Source of the DNA: Minisyncoccota bacterium
Lineage (GTDB): Bacteria; Patescibacteriota; Minisyncoccia; Phycocordibacterales; Phycocordibacteraceae
Reading direction: 5' to 3'
Assembly (NCBI GenBank): GCA_036399335.1
Contig: DASWNF010000002.1
Coordinates: 1 to 63,956 of the forward strand
Length of the DNA: 63,956 bases
The notes below the pieces were generated by a model. That model was not told where the DNA came from, ran no database searches, and saw only the letters and a list, made by a program, of their open reading frames with translations. The number at the start of each line of letters is the position of its first letter. The stretch's first letter is position 1. Below, piece after piece: positions 63,477-63,956 of this stretch. The translations under genes were made by a program, and so were the position numbers.

Positions 63477-63956
63477 TTACTTTTTTGAAAAGAAAGAGAA
63501 CTTTGATTCGGTGGTCGGGTGCAATTCAGACGCAAAAGCAGGTATTTCCATCATTCTCGAATGAATTTGCAACATATCACCTGTAATGGCTTCCAATGAT
63601 TCAGGCCTCTCACCGATACTCCCGATAAACTCAATTTCTACCTGCTCTAACTCTCGCTTGTATTTATCTACGCAGTAATCGATTGCTATGTGATACGCGT
63701 GCCCATTGGCTAGCGCAAATGGAATTTTCCTTTGTATCTTTATATACGAATTTAGATAAGCTCCGTCCTTAACGAAGGAAGGAGTATTATTTACTTCTCC
63801 CATTAAATCCCCTTGCGTGTCTCTAAGAAGAATAAGCTCATCTTGTACCCGTGGCCTCTGCTTGTGCTTGATTGAAACTTTTCCAGATGGGAATTCGACA
63901 TGCGTATACTCCTTTCCAGTTATAGGGTCATAGACTATATGATTCTTGAGTAGCCT
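63477..63956 (-). CDS. hypothetical protein, 5'-truncated by window edge
   Basis: The frame of ORF 63477..63803 stays open through base 63956 (RLLKNHIVYDPITGKEYTHVEFPSGK...). About 40% GC. Confidence 0.5.
   Translation of the reverse strand, partial: RLLKNHIVYDPITGKEYTHVEFPSGKVSIKHKQRPRVQDELILLRDTQGDLMGEVNNTPSFVKDGAYLNSYIKIQRKIPFALANGHAYHIAIDYCVDKYKRELEQVEIEFIGSIGERPESLEAITGDMLQIHSRMMEIPAFASELHPTTESKFSFFSKK

Overview
About 64 kb of compact, high-GC (~60%) bacterial chromosome. Most genes end in clear hairpin terminators. The gene content points to a reduced-genome lineage such as Patescibacteria/CPR, but that is inference only. Supporting content: an ATPase-degenerate PriA-like protein, DUF5671-like and Gmad2-like proteins, a minimal F1Fo operon with short delta and epsilon subunits, and many secreted wall-acting enzymes. 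Core genes recognised: priA-like/def/fmt, hpf, a glutaredoxin-like gene, tRNA-Asn(GTT), YggT, TspO, an S8 protease, FMN reductase, a cold-shock protein, GtrA, glutamate dehydrogenase, AlkB-like, ClpP-like, a SET-domain protein, leuS, ychF, an AI-2E transporter, atpB-E-F-H-A-G-(orf)-D-C, an M23 peptidase, mltG, DedA/SemiSWEET/HD and tRNA-Pro(CGG). The main accessory region is a mosaic, partly low-GC island of about 6.7 kb directly 3' of tRNA-Asn (about 6.96-13.6 kb). No integrase is visible in it. It carries a DUF3800-like gene, a Beta/sce7725-like gene and a sce7726-like PD-(D/E)xK nuclease gene (7250-9857). This cassette is my best candidate for an undescribed conflict or defence system. Other points worth a second look: a Nudix domain inserted in LeuS; a low-GC foreign ORF between atpG and atpD; direct repeats flanking a deoxyribosyltransferase-like gene; a duplicated tRNA-Pro 3' end; a cluster of secreted wall-acting proteins; and repeated CTAG stop-stop overlaps of convergent genes. 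No CRISPR array, rRNA, transposase or intact prophage was seen. All family assignments come from by-eye motif recognition and need profile searches.
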